DNA of 63,704 nucleotides, filler included, from Rozella allomycis CSF55 (taxonomy: Eukaryota), in NCBI GenBank assembly GCA_000442015.1. It is 21 parts of 21 records of this genome, joined end to end, with 100 filler letters (N's around TTAATTAATTAA, not from the genome) between each part and the next. Parts side by side here need not be neighbours in the genome. Positions count along the whole stretch, not along the records: positions 1 to 2,386 come from KE561251.1; positions 2,487 to 7,213 come from KE561252.1; positions 7,314 to 9,612 come from KE561254.1; positions 9,713 to 12,741 come from KE561256.1; 17 more parts are not named here. One strand, 5' to 3'. The position numbers and the translations under genes were made by a program. Of the stretch, positions 1 through 12,841 are shown piece after piece. Under the pieces are notes generated by a model. That model did no database searches. It saw only the letters and a list, made by a program, of their open reading frames with translations, and was not told where the DNA came from. Numbering within the stretch: position 1 is the first letter of the stretch; every line of letters begins with the position of its first letter.

Positions 1-77
1 CATACCGAAATCTCTGTGTCATCTAATTTCGTCACAAAAAATAGTAAAAATATATTAACATTAAAAACATACCCCAT

Positions 78-1625
78 TTATTGAAGTTCAACTTCAACTT
101 CCTTGAGATTCGTTTCCCAAGTCTCGATATTCTATTTGAAATAATAAATGAATGTTACTGATTTGTAATAATTTATTTGTTCTTGAACATAGCTCTTAAT
201 GATGTGCTTCAAGTCTCTTTGTCGAACAGCATGAAATCTTTCCAATTCATCATTGACCAACTTTGAAATTGAAGATAGTTCATCAGCAACTTTTTGTTTC
301 TGTATTTCAAGCTAATTGAAGATGAATAAAATGTATACTTGGGTGATAATGTCTTTTGTTTTTGAAATGCCGTGTTTTCTAGACATTTCGGGTGAAGTAT
401 CAAGCATGTTACTCAAGTGATTAGTGAGGCTAGTAACGACGCTATTCTTCCTGGAAGCCACAGCGCCTTCAAGCTGAAGCAATTGATTTTGCTTTGTGAA
501 ATGTTCTTCTTGGATTGATTCGAGTTCCAATTGCTTAGCCCTTCGATAACGAAGAACATTCTTTCGTTTCATTTTAAGTTATCTCTTACTTTGACGCTTT
601 GACTGTAGAGCGCGTATTCATGCAAAGATTCACCAAAGCATTCTTCAAAATACGCGCCAAGGTTGTTTGTTGTTAAGTGAATGCCGTCAATCCCTTCGCC
701 AATTTTCTCAAGCGCAGACGATAAGTTCTTTTCTTCAAGACTGAAACCGTTAAATGATGCTCCCAAATCAGAATAATCTCCAGACAATTCAAACATCAAT
801 AAACTGAATTTTTACCTTGACATTTTCTTGAAATTCTTTTTTGTGTTTTATCAAGCGAATTCAAAGAATGACTGTAATATGAATTGTCATTTTCTATTTC
901 CATAAATTTAGGATCAGGATTTTTTAATTTAGACGATGAAGAAGCAGTCTTGTCCTTTTTTACATTCTCAGATGCCATAATGTCATTCTTGTTATCGTTA
1001 ATCTTAATTGAAATACCCAATTCTTATCTTCTTCCAAAAATCTATGGAACAAATGATGTGAACATAAGACTGGATGCTCTACCAGCCTATTAAGAAACGT
1101 TTGTAGCATTCTTTTTCTCTTTTCCGATATAGCTAAATCAATCTTTGATTTTGATGGTTTAGCGTAGCTCGCTAAAAATACATCAAATACTATTGTTACA
1201 CAATGAATGTTTTTCAGGAATCGGCGGAATGATAATTACTGGATGAAATAATCCCAAAACATTTCTAAGACTTTCAAAGTCTGAATATCTCCTCTTGACG
1301 CTAAAATTCTAAATCTCTACTCATTTGAATTTACCTTGAACGCAATTTGATAGAGGTAGTGGTTTCCAGTCCCATCAGTGTTCTTGTAAGCATCGACAAT
1401 CGAAATAACTTGCAATGGACCCGATGGGCATCTTTTTTTTTCATTGTGCTGGCTCAACAAACGGTCTACAGCACAACAAAACACATCTTTCTGGATTGGT
1501 TTAGGTTCTGCTTGTGCAGAAGTACTTGGTTGCGATGAAACAATGGAGGTTGTAAGATTCTCATAGTTAGAAGCGGCATTACCAGACGCAAATGCGGTGG
1601 TAGGAGTAGTATCAAATTCGTCCAT
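78..1625 (-). CDS. Sorting nexin, PX + BAR (SNX4/Snx41/Atg20-like), spliced
   Basis: PX motifs [12 protein letters not shown] and IIPPIPEKH, then [20 protein letters not shown] helices [14 protein letters not shown]; about 7 tiny introns join the ORF-track fragments. Confidence 0.85.
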
Positions 1626-2046
1626 TTGGTTGTGGCTGGGTAGATAAATATTGGAATATGTCGTTAGCCATTTTGTAAAATAAAACATTTCCTTTGCGTC
1701 ATGAATATGTTTTCACTCTAGCCTCCGTGCATTTAATGATTACGAAAAGAAGGGTGTTTTGATAGAAGATATGTTAAACCCTTAAATAGATGACATTATA
1801 GAATTAATGGAAATATGGACTCTTGAATCCTACAATTGTCAATTGTGAGCCCAGAGCCAGCGACTCACTAGTCACTACCACAAAATTTTTGTTATATACT
1901 TATATTAGACTACGGAGTATTCCACAATGAATTCAAATTTCCACAATAATATTATGTTTACAAATAATTATCCTCAGAGATAGGCCCTTTTTTATTTAAG
2001 ACAAGAAATTTAGTAAGAAAAAGCGCGGAGTAGCAAGAGTTCTATA

Positions 2047-2386
2047 TTATGGATAGTTTAATGCATTAGGAATTACTCTACGATCTTTAATTAAAATGTT
2101 GGCAATTTCCAAATGACCTTCCTTAAAGGCACGCCGAATAGCATAATTTCTCTTTACGCTTGGATCTACTCTAGAATCAGAAAGCAAAATTTTGACAATA
2201 TCCGCATGCCCGTTCTTAGAAGCACGTCGGATAGCATAATTCCTCCTAACACTTGGATCTACTCTAGAATCAGCAAGTAAAGCTCTAACAACATCGACAT
2301 CTCCATTCTCACAAGCCCGTTGAATGGCGTAATTGTCATATGCACTTGGATCTACTCTAGCATCTGCTAGAAGAATTTCAACAACT
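2047..2386 (-). CDS. Ankyrin-repeat protein, C-terminal fragment (cut by contig end)
   Basis: Manual translation gives ILLADARVDPSAYDNYAIQRACENG...DSRVDPSVRRNYAIRRASKNGHADIVKILL; same family as 48693-50874. Confidence 0.85.
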
Positions 2387-2486
2387 NNNNNNNNNNNNNN
2401 NNNNNNNNNNNNNNNNNNNNNNNNNNNNNNTTAATTAATTAANNNNNNNNNNNNNNNNNNNNNNNNNNNNNNNNNNNNNNNNNNNN
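2387..2486. other. Artificial contig linker N44-TTAATTAATTAA-N44. First of 20; others start near 7214, 9613, 12742, 16166, 17836, 19151, 21627, 23853, 25341, 27273, 28628, 40884, 42041, 43285, 52034, 53425, 58290, 60627, 62562
   Basis: The same 100-bp spacer with six-frame stops recurs throughout the window. Confidence 0.98.
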
Positions 2487-2603
2487 ATTTCACACACGAT
2501 ATTAATGATGTGTGCGCTGGAATTGTATATCGTAGAACTCAAACTTTTTTATCGTCTTTATCCAATCGGCCAATAGTCTGAAAATTTGGAATTTTTGAAT
2601 TTT

Positions 2604-3279
2604 ATGAGTTCTCCTCTTGTGTTTCCGGGCCAAGAAATAGGTCTATCTTCGGATTACCTTGCTTCAACTGGCATTTACGAGAAAAACGGAAAACTTTTCT
2701 CATCACTTTTCGGGACTCTAGTGATCACACAAGAAAATGTAGGCCTATTTTGTTTCTATTTTTTGTAGAAAACCAAAACCGCCAGAGTTATTCATTCAAA
2801 AAGACAAGAAAATTTTGTAACGCCTACGGAAGGACATGTCGTCATTGGCAAAGTCACAAAAATCAATCAAAAGCAAGCAAATGTGAATATTCTTGTGGTA
2901 GATGGGAAATATGTTTGCCATGATCCATTTAAAGGAATAATCAGGTAATCTATTTAAAAATTAAAAATATGGTCACAGGATGTGAGGCTGACTGAGCGGG
3001 ATAAAGTTCAAATGTTTAAATGTCTAAGACCTGGAGATGTTGTTAAAGCTATTGTGGTACAATTTAGTACTTTCTTTGAATAGATTTCGTTAGGTGATGC
3101 TAGTGCTTATTTTCTTAGCATTGCTGAACTAGAGTATGGCGTCATATGTGCTCAAACTGAATCTGGTATGTATTATCATAAATTTTTAACGAGGTGAAAT
3201 GCTGGTACCTTTTTCATCTGATGAAATGATCTGTCCAAAGACAGGTGCACTGGAATCTAGAAAAGTAGCAAAACCTTAG
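2604..3279 (+). CDS. CSL4: Exosome complex component Csl4 (4 introns)
   Basis: Spliced translation includes VFPGQ, VIGKVTKIN, FKGIIRSQDVRLTERDKV, RPGDVVKAIVISLGD, CPKTGALESRKVAKP. Confidence 0.9.
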
Positions 3280-3347
3280 AGAAATGTTTGTCATGATAAC
3301 AATTCTTTATTACACTTAAATAAATTCATTATAATTCAATATCCACA

Positions 3348-3811
3348 TTATATTTCCACGCGCTGTTCTTTCATTTTCTTCAACTTCCTTTGAGCATGCC
3401 AATACGGCAGGTACACTTTGTCATAATACACCAAAGCCCATCCAGTAAATGCTAGTCCTGAAGCGCAGGCAAACATCGCATCTGCAGGATTAGATCCTTT
3501 TCTTACTACCCGGAATAGAGATGTAAACAACGAGCCCGCTGACATGGATATTGCTAGCGGTCTAGCAAATTCTTCATTCTTATTATAAAAGGAGTAGCTA
3601 TTAACAATTACAAATCACAATTTTACCTTGCAAAAGCTAATCCCAAACCATAAAATGTATTCGTAGCCAGGAACTCCCACCGCTGATGATGAAAGTAATA
3701 ATCAAGAGCATTGTAAGCAAAGTCTTATTCTTTAACGCTAATAGTCTTACGGAGAGTGGATTGCGTTAACGTTATTCCTGTTTCATTTAGTTCGACTTTA
3801 TCTTCAGTCAT
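3348..3811 (-). CDS. Small membrane protein of unknown function (2 introns)
   Basis: Two GT-AG introns of 27-29 nt give a continuous ORF MTEDKVEL...RVEI with hydrophobic segments. Confidence 0.6.
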
Positions 3812-4004
3812 TTCAAATTGGCAAATTTCAACAACGCATATAAACCTGTTTATTTGAGAATTGAGATTTGTAAAAGATTAGTACTCCGTTAAGATTTAAA
3901 AGAGACAGCCATGACGCGATATTGGAATCAAATACAATTACTCGTTCATGATTACTTCAAATATATTAGCAAAAATATTATGCCAACCATATGTTTATTT
4001 AAAT

Positions 4005-4758
4005 TTAAAAATCAATGTCATCATTCAAATTTACCTGCACTTTTTCGCCAGGTTTAAAAGCCGGTGTACCGAGATAAGGGCATGTGCTACAACGAAAGGC
4101 ATCGCCTAAATAGCAATTACCGCATGAAGATTTGGGTAAAGAATTTGTAGTATCAACTTGGTTCTTCTCTGCTTCTGCTAATCCACATGTGCAGTTTTTG
4201 CATGCTCGTTTCTTCTTGGTGGCAGTAGTACCGCAGTCAGATGCCGTTAAATCTGGTTTCTTCAAGTCTTCAGCATCTAATAATTCATCTTCATCGATAA
4301 GATCGTCATTGTTTGAAATTGAGTTAATCCAACTTGTTTTCTTTTCTCCTTTTTTGAATGATATTTTAATACTTTGGACATTAGAGGGACATTTGCATTT
4401 ATACTAAAACAAATAGAAACAAATAAATTACGATATTCAAGTTTTCACTTATTTTGGTAGCCTCTATTTCCACATAGCCAGCATATTTTAAAGTCCTTTG
4501 AAGTGATTCGTTTCCTTGACAAATGAGAAACCCACTATCAGCTATACAAGGACTTAAAGAAGATAAGAAAGTTTCATCAACACTTGCTTCGCTTTCTAAG
4601 ATCAAAAAAATATTTTGAAATCTGCGATCCTGCAAAGACTTTATATTTTCTTCCAACGACGCAAATACAGTGTTTTCATTGTTTATATTAAATTCCTTTT
4701 CAAAAGAGTTGAAAAACTCGGTTAAATTCACAGACGATGAAACAACCAGATTACTCAT
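4005..4758 (-). CDS. DRE2: Fe-S cluster assembly protein Dre2/anamorsin (1 intron)
   Basis: [54 protein letters not shown]. Confidence 0.95.
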
Positions 4759-4917
4759 TTCACCAAGCCACTAAAAATGCAATTGAAAAAGCACATTAAG
4801 AACAATTCTATTAGGTTTAAACTTAATTGGTTTCAAAACTTGTTGGGGTTTGAAAGTTATTCTGAAAAATACTAATTTAGGTTTTCAAATCTATAATTAA
4901 CCTTCTCCTAGTTTCAA

Positions 4918-5649
4918 ATGACCGAGAAGATAATATACTCTTTTGTTGCTTTTAGACACACAATATTGGCTGAAAATGCTCTTTGCACGGGTACGTTCCC
5001 CACAATAGCTTCAACAATTCTCAAGCGTTTGGTGGTAAACAATGACTCTAAAGCATCATATTCGTATGATGACTATATGTTTCATTATATCATTGAAAAC
5101 CAATTCGTATATCTTTGCTTGGCTCGTCAAACCTTTTCTAAGGCAGCAGCATTTTCATTTTTACAAGACATACAAGAAAAATTTGAATCAATGTACGGAA
5201 ACGTCGTTGAAGCAAAATCAACTTTATTGCCGTATTCATTAAGTGAGTTCTCTAACATTTTAAATGACCGAATGGTAAGTAAAAAATGATATCATTCCTC
5301 TAGAAATACTTCAACACGAATGGAGACTATGACAAAATGAATAACGTTAAAGGTGAAATAGATCAAGTGAAAGACATCATGGTTAGTAATATTGGTAAAT
5401 CAATTTTATAAAACTTACAAAGAAAGGGTTTTGGAGCGAGGAGAAAGAATTGAACTTTTAGTTGACAAAACAGATCATCTAAGTCAGTCGGCATTGACTT
5501 TCCAAAGAAGGGCTAAGAAGGTGAAGAGATCATTTTGGTGGTCAAACATGAGATTGGCAGTTATCTTGGTATTTCTGTTAATTCTATTGGCTTATATCGG
5601 CACAAGCTACTTTTGTGGATTTGATTTCGATAAATGCATGAATAAATAA
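4918..5649 (+). CDS. VAMP7: Longin R-SNARE VAMP7 (2 introns)
   Basis: Longin domain, SNARE motif VKDIMVSNIERVLERGERIELLVDKT, C-terminal TM helix. Confidence 0.9.
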
Positions 5650-5686
5650 GGTTAAACTCATGACTTTTTAAATTTTGAAATTTCGA

Positions 5687-7213
5687 ATGTCGTCTAGAAT
5701 ATACTTTGGGTCCTTGGAAGAAGAAGAACGAAAAAATCAAGTAGCTTGTTGTAGTTTATAAAACAAGGCAAAAAATTCTATGCAAGAAATTCCAGCAACC
5801 ACCGGTGTTACTCTGGATGAGCTGTCCAGTAACTCGTCTCATATCTCAATATGGCAGGTGTAACAACAAAACCACTTGGTTCTGTCACTTTGCAAAAATG
5901 GAGGGAACATGAAGAAATGATCCACGAAATTGAAAAGAAACGNTGATCCACGAAATTGAAAAGAAACGCAAAATTAGAGAAATAGTTGTTCCGACAGATG
6001 ACTATAAAGTTAAGCAACAGCTGAGATCTATGGGCGAACCTATTTGCCTTTTTGGAGAAGGAGTAATTTAGCATATATAAATTTGACAGCCTTTTGAGCG
6101 CCGAGAAAGATTAAAGCAACTTGTTGCTTCGCGCGGTCCAGTCATTTCTCAAGAAGAGTATTCATCTTCTGAGGAGGAAAATGTAACGTTTTTATAAACT
6201 AATTATGAAGAATGCTGACGAAGAATTCTATACTGTCGGTCCTAAAGAACTTTATGATGCAAGAAAGTTCCTAGTCGATTATTCCTTGTCCAGAGCAAGA
6301 GACAGATTATCACATGCACGCGAAAAAACAAAAATGTCGACAACACAATTAAAGACAGAGAGATATAAACTATATTCCAAGCTTGAAGTAATCCACATTG
6401 TTTCGATTTATGAGACTACAGAGAGTTTTGCAAGTCAAGTAGGAGGTGATAGAGCGATTTCTTGTTGTAAATTTGCACCAAGAAATTCAAGTATCCTTGC
6501 GACTTCATCCTGGGATGGTACTTGTTCAATTTGGACAAATCCCGAGTGTAAACTCAAAATCACATTAAGGGGTATAATTGTTTTCAATTGTTTAAAGGAC
6601 ACAAAGATAGAGTTGGAACCCTGGACTTTCACCCCTTGTCATTTGATTCCTTGAGCGAAAATGCCGCCAATCTTGTTTCGGGTTCATCAGATGGGATTGT
6701 AAATCTATGGTCATTAAATAGGAATGAACCACTGGCTGAACTTAAAGGGCACACTTTAAGGGTGGCGACAACTTGTTTTCATCCAAGCGGTAGATATATT
6801 GGAAGCTCAAGGTAAGGCTAAGTTATTTGCTTACAAATTAGCTTTGATACATCATGGCGATTTTGGGACGTTGAAACCCAACAAGAATTGTTACTGCAAG
6901 AGGGTCATTCAAAGGAAGTCTTTGCCTTAGGATTTCATCCTGATGGATCTTTGTGTGGGACTGGGTAGTTTATTAACATTGCTTATATTTAGTGGATTTG
7001 ATTCGGTTGGTAGGATATGGGACATTAGAGTGGGAAAGTCTATTAGCACCTTGAAAGGACATGTTAAAGACATTTTGTGCATCAATTTTTCACCAAACGG
7101 GTACCATGTGATTACTGGAAGCGATGACAATACCATTAAAGTTTGGGATTTACGCCAACATAAGAATATATACACAATTCCAGCGCACACATCATTAATA
7201 TCGTGTGTGAAAT
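5687..7213 (+). CDS. PRP4: U4/U6 snRNP WD40 protein Prp4, 3' truncated
   Basis: VPTDD...[22 protein letters not shown] motif, [21 protein letters not shown] repeats; multiple tiny introns. Confidence 0.92.
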
Positions 7214-7313
7214 NNNNNNNNNNNNNNNNNNNNNNNNNNNNNNNNNNNNNNNNNNNNTTAATTAATTAANNNNNNNNNNNNNNNNNNNNNNNNNNNNNNN
7301 NNNNNNNNNNNNN

Positions 7314-9415
7314 TAGATTCATTATTTTCGACAAGAATTGGATTCATGATAGATAAAGCCTTTAATTGATTAAACCAAGGTTCATTTTCTAGAAAAGGTG
7401 TTACAATGGCCCCTTGGCATTTATCGGCCATTATTTTGTGGATTGTTTTCGTGATCAATTCTACTGGAACTTCAGCCCATACAATCTCATTTTTCCATGT
7501 TTTATTAAAACTATTCTTATCTGCTGTGTAGTATATGTTAATCTTATTGAAACCTGGTACTGTTAAGACTTCTAATGTGAAATGTTTATAATATTTTTGA
7601 ATCTTTTTGAAATTGTTATTTGATAGCAACCAATTAATTTCATTGATTGTTTGAACGGTCATAATGATTTGATTATCATCACTAATACTTAATGGATTGG
7701 AATCATATATTCGACTAGGTTTATCTGGTAAGATATTCAAGACTCCCGGCCGATGAATAATTTCAAAATCAAACTCTAACAAGATATCAATCCAATTATT
7801 CATCATAGCATTGACATGTTTTTGTGTAAAGAGATAAGATAGCGCGCGATGATCTGTTTAAAGTTTGAAGTGCACCCCGAATACATAGTTACGAAATTTG
7901 TCTAGCGCAAATATTATAGCCGATAATTCTCGCTTGGTCGCACTGTAGTTGCGTTCCCCTGCAGTCAATGCTCGTGAAGCAAAACAATTATACTGAATTT
8001 GATTATCATATTCCTGGTAAAGAACAGCACCTAGTCCTCTGTTTGATGCATCGGTAGCTATACAAAATGGATGGTTAAAGTCAGGATACTTCAAAATANA
8101 AATTTGATTATCATATTCCTGGTATAGAACAGAACCTAGTCCTCTGTTTGATACATCGGTAGCTATACAAAATGGATGGTTAAAGTCAGGATACTTCAAA
8201 ATAATCCGTTCCCACAGTATTCTACGTAGCTTCGCGTAAATATTTTCAAATTCTTTAGTCCATACAACGACTTTTGCTTTCTTAATTTATCAAGTGGTGC
8301 AGTTAAAGATGCATAATTTGGTATTAAATCTCTAAAATAATTAAAAAATCCCAATTGTTGTTCTATCATTTTTCCAGTTACTGGAGTTTTCCATTCATCC
8401 ATGATTAATAATTTTTCTGGTACCGCTTGAACTCCGTATTTGTTAATCTTAAAGCCTAAAATGTCTAGTTTCTCGTAAGCAAAACAACACTTTTCCAAGT
8501 TAATTTTCAATTTGATTTTGTTAAGTTCCTTAATGACAANTCCTAAAATGTCTAGTTCCTCGTATGCAAAACAACTCTTTTCCAAGTTAATTTTCAATTT
8601 GATTTTGTTAAGTTCCTTAATGACAATCTTTACATGTTCTAAATGTTCTTCGTAACTGTTAGAGAAAATAATTATATCATCGATATACTCATTCACAAAA
8701 GGAAACTTGCTAAGGTGTTTTGTCATAACCTTTTGAAATTCTGCGGGAATATTTTTGAACCCAAATGGTGCACCTTTAAAGATATATTGTTTTCCATTCC
8801 AAGTAAATGTAGTTTTAATTTGATCTTGCTGTTTTATTCTGAATTGATGAAAACCCGATTTAAGATCAATCTTGGTGAATACCTTCGCCCCTTTCAAAGA
8901 TTCTAAGATTTCTTTTATCAATGGAAGTGGATAGGTAATTGTTCTAGTGATTAGGTTGATGTGTCTCGGATCAAGACAAACTCTCCAGTCTTTTTGTTTT
9001 CCTGATATATCTTTTTTAGCAACAACCAATAACGAATAATTCCATTCCGAGTGACCTTTTAATTCTTTTATGAGCTTTGCTTCTTCCCATTTTTGAATTT
9101 GTTTGGTGACTATTGGACGCAGAGAGTGAGCTATTCTATATTGAGATTTAAATGCAGGTTTGTTGTCACCCGTTGCAATTTGAATTTCAGCATCTGGGAG
9201 AGTGCAAAAACCATTTATAGATTTGTTTGTATTTAAAAGAGGTTGAAGATGGTCAATCAAATATGTAGAGTATGCATCTGCTAAGAAGGAGAAATAGGTT
9301 GAAGTTGATTTATTGTCATCTAAGCTTTCGATGACTTTTGGAAAGGACGGTACAGGGCCTATGAATTTTGCTGGTGGAGTTTCGTCATTGGCCTGTTTGA
9401 TTTCCTTGATAGTTG
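7314..9415 (-). mobile_element. Ty3/Gypsy LTR-retrotransposon pol fragment (RT, RNase H, MTase-like domain), degenerate
   Basis: RT: WRVCLDPR, FTKIDLKSGFHQ, PFG, YIDD. RNase H: TDASNRGLGAVLYQ, NYSATKREL, TDHRAL. Frameshift near 8270 and in-frame TAA at 7858-7860. Confidence 0.92.
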
Positions 9416-9712
9416 NGTTTCACAAAGGCAGAAATGTTAAACACAACACGGAAGATTGCAAATCTTTGAAATACAAGAATCAGAAGTTGGAAAAAGCTAA
9501 AGAGAAAAATACTGACAAAGAANACAGATAATCATATCTTGATTATTGCCACGCCACTGTGCTATTTAAGCGTAATCAGATGAATAAAACCCTGGTTAAC
9601 TTTTAACGATTANNNNNNNNNNNNNNNNNNNNNNNNNNNNNNNNNNNNNNNNNNNNTTAATTAATTAANNNNNNNNNNNNNNNNNNNNNNNNNNNNNNNN
9701 NNNNNNNNNNNN

Positions 9713-12544
9713 AAGAGTTGATTGAGCTTTCATCTTCCTGATTTGAAAAAAAATGATTTGGACTTTTTCTTTTTCTTAAACTTCCCTCCCCTTCTTGAAC
9801 TTTTCTTTTTGAAGAAGTGAAAAATAGATTTGAACTTACTCCCCCCTCGTCTCTTTGTTGTTTAGAAATGAATGAATTATCTTTCGATTTATTGTTTACT
9901 CCTCCCTCTTCTCTCTCTATGTTTCGTTCTGGCAAACCGAAGAATAAATTTGGATGCACGTCTCCTCCGTTTTCGCTATCTTTCTCCATTACACCTCCCT
10001 TTCCATTATCTTTTCCCATTACTCCTCCCTCTTCTACTTCAATGTAATCTTCCATCATATTAAATTTTAATCTTTTTTCCACATCTACACCTCCCTTTTC
10101 TATTTCCATNTTGTCATCTCCAAACATATTAAATTTAAATCTTTTTTTCACATCAACACCACCCTTTTCATTTTCTTTTCCCATTACTCTCCCCTCTTTT
10201 ATTTCTTTGTCATCTCCCATCCTATTAAATTGTAATCTATGTTCCACATCTACACCTCCCTTTTCATTATCATTTCCCATTACTCCCCCCTNATTATTGC
10301 TTGTTTATTCTCATTTACGCCTCCCTCAATATACCAATCACCCAATACACCTCCCTCTTTTATTGCCTTTTCTTTCCCATTTACACCTCCCTCGTCTTTT
10401 GATCTTTCCATCACATCTACGCCTCCCTCGTTATTCCCGTCACCCATTACACTTCCCTCTGTTATTACATTTTCCTTTCCATTTACACCTCCCTCGTCTT
10501 TTGATTTTTTCCTCACATCTACGCCTTTCTCGTTATTTCCATCTCCCATTACACATCCCGTCATCAATTCTACCCATCCCTCAACATGTCTGTTTTGGGA
10601 TTTATTTGATCGCATTTCCGCATATAATCCTCCCTCTCTTTTTCTTTCGATTCCCTCTTCTCCTTCTTTTGGGATTATTTCATCATTATGATTCATGCCT
10701 AAGTTGAGATCATCTGTTTCTATATCATCTGGATACACTACATCCATTTTGGACGTGAACTTATTTTCCATCTCTTTCTCATCACCATTCATATCCATTT
10801 CATCAATTTCCACTTTGATCACTTCGTCCAATTCTTTTTCACCAGACATCTGCTTTGATTCAGAGCTAATGTTTGCATATACACATTCTTTATTGTTTTC
10901 AGAGGAGGCTGAAGCCATCAGCGCACTCTCTCCTTGATGTTTTAGGGATTGTTCGTTAAATTTCGCTTCATCAATTGTTCTATCATACATGTCTTTATCA
11001 CTCTTTAGGATCTCTCTCTTTCCTGATTCAATATCTTCCATTTTTCTTCCATCTTCCCCTATCATGATGCTATTGTTTTTCTCGTTTCTTATGCTTTGTT
11101 TCCATCCCTCACCACTCTTTCCTTTACCTTTTGGATAATCACCTCCCTCTCCACACTCAGAGGATTTAAAATAGTATAGAATAGATTTAGATTTGATGAC
11201 ATTATTATTTGAAACGGATTTACTTAAGAAAGATGTTTTATGAAAATTCATTCTTTTCTTTTCCACTACTTTCTTGCTCATTTCAATTTTAGTTGAAGCT
11301 TCTTTCATTTTTAATTTTCGTAGAGTAGATGGATTTAGATTTAGATTATTACGTTTCTCCATTAGAGATGGCAAGTTCGATATATTTTCCTCGTTTTGGA
11401 TAAAATCCTGGGGTAAGAAGTAGTTTGGACTTGATTTAGATTCTAGAGATGGCCCGGATGTTGAACTAAAGGGAAAAGCAAGGCAAGAATCATTGTTCCC
11501 TTTTGTATTTGCCAGAGATAATTCAGCACTGCCAGGAATCGGTTGGTTTCGTTTAGAAGCTGACGGATCCATACAGATGCCACTGTTTAGAGGTAAATTA
11601 ATTTCAGACATTAGTTTAGGTTGAACAGAAAAATGATGATGGGCGTTGGAGTTTCTTGGCGTATTCAGAGCTGATTGATCCTGAGATCCTGCATCAATCA
11701 ATTTAGATTTAAGTGGATTTGAATAAGAAGTTGTAGGTCCTGAAAAATTAGATGAAAAATCCCTTGACGAGGCATCAAGGGACGACTCTTTTAGACAAGA
11801 ACTTTTGGGAGTAGATCCTTGGGAGCAACAGTTTGTAGTGGGCAAAAAATTAGATGAACTCCACTTAGACCCTTTGGTAGGTGATGCATCTGAAGAGAGT
11901 TTTTTTAGGGGACCCTGTGAACTAGAATCCTTGGTAGATGGGTTAAATGCAGAAAGAAAATTTAGAGAAGAAGAATACGCAGCTAAAGAAGTTTCTTCTG
12001 ACGATGATTTTAAGGAAGGTCCTTCTGAAGAAGATCTCTTGGGAGTACATATGACAGAAGATCCAATTCTATTTAAATCATTGCAAGATTCATTTAAAGA
12101 GTATACGTCTGGAAGAGAGCCTGTCGAAGGTCCCTTAAAAGAAAGGCTTTTTGAAAAACAATTTGGAAAGAGAATGCTTTTGGATAAGATCCCTGATGAA
12201 ACATTCACAGAAGTCGGAGAAATAAAATTATTTGTGTTTCTTTCATCTTTTACTTGGTCTTCTATAGTGTTTTGTTTATCTTTGCATTTAGGAAGTAATT
12301 CCAACACGTTTGGTGGAATTTCCGAATTCGAAATCATGTCTTCCGATGAAGAATATCTATTGAGTAAGTCGTTTGATTCATTTAAATTAGGATTCTTGTA
12401 ATTTGCAGGTAATTTAGATTCTTCTTTTCTGCCCCCTTTTTTGATTTGCTTATACTCTTGTGAGGCAGGACAATTGAGAGTAGATTCAGAATGACGTAAG
12501 GATAAAAAAGGATGGTTTATATTTAGATTTGAGATAGAAACCAT
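9713..12544 (-). CDS. Long Ser-rich low-complexity protein with EGGV peptide repeats, function unknown, 3' truncated
   Basis: 754-aa and 207-aa ORFs joined across single-N junctions; recurring EGGV(M/N/D)G units. Confidence 0.6.
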
Positions 12545-12841
12545 GGTAGAGATAGGATGAGTCGGCTCAAAAGAGTTGTTTCCTTCCTTTCGTTCGTCAA
12601 GTAAGTTAAAACCATGTTTGCTATTTACGATAGGAATAGAGTCAAACGGAATTTTAGGATGAAGGGAAGGGAACTTTACTGAAGGGTAGGGTTAGCCCTA
12701 AGCCGATGGGACGATTTCTTTCAATAGCGATGCGTCTGCGANNNNNNNNNNNNNNNNNNNNNNNNNNNNNNNNNNNNNNNNNNNNTTAATTAATTAANNN
12801 NNNNNNNNNNNNNNNNNNNNNNNNNNNNNNNNNNNNNNNNN

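Noticed and set aside
2387-2486. Regularly recurring palindrome TTAATTAATTAA as a biological repeat or CRISPR-like array
   Set aside because: Always embedded in N44 runs: an artificial six-frame-stop contig linker
9416-9612. Zinc-knuckle-like gag fragment (HNTEDCK) inverted relative to pol
   Set aside because: Bounded by single-N joins, so its orientation and adjacency are unreliable
9817-12401. Plus-strand ORFs overlapping the 754-aa gene (and similar overlaps elsewhere)
   Set aside because: Antisense open frames arising from low-complexity, strand-skewed coding sequence
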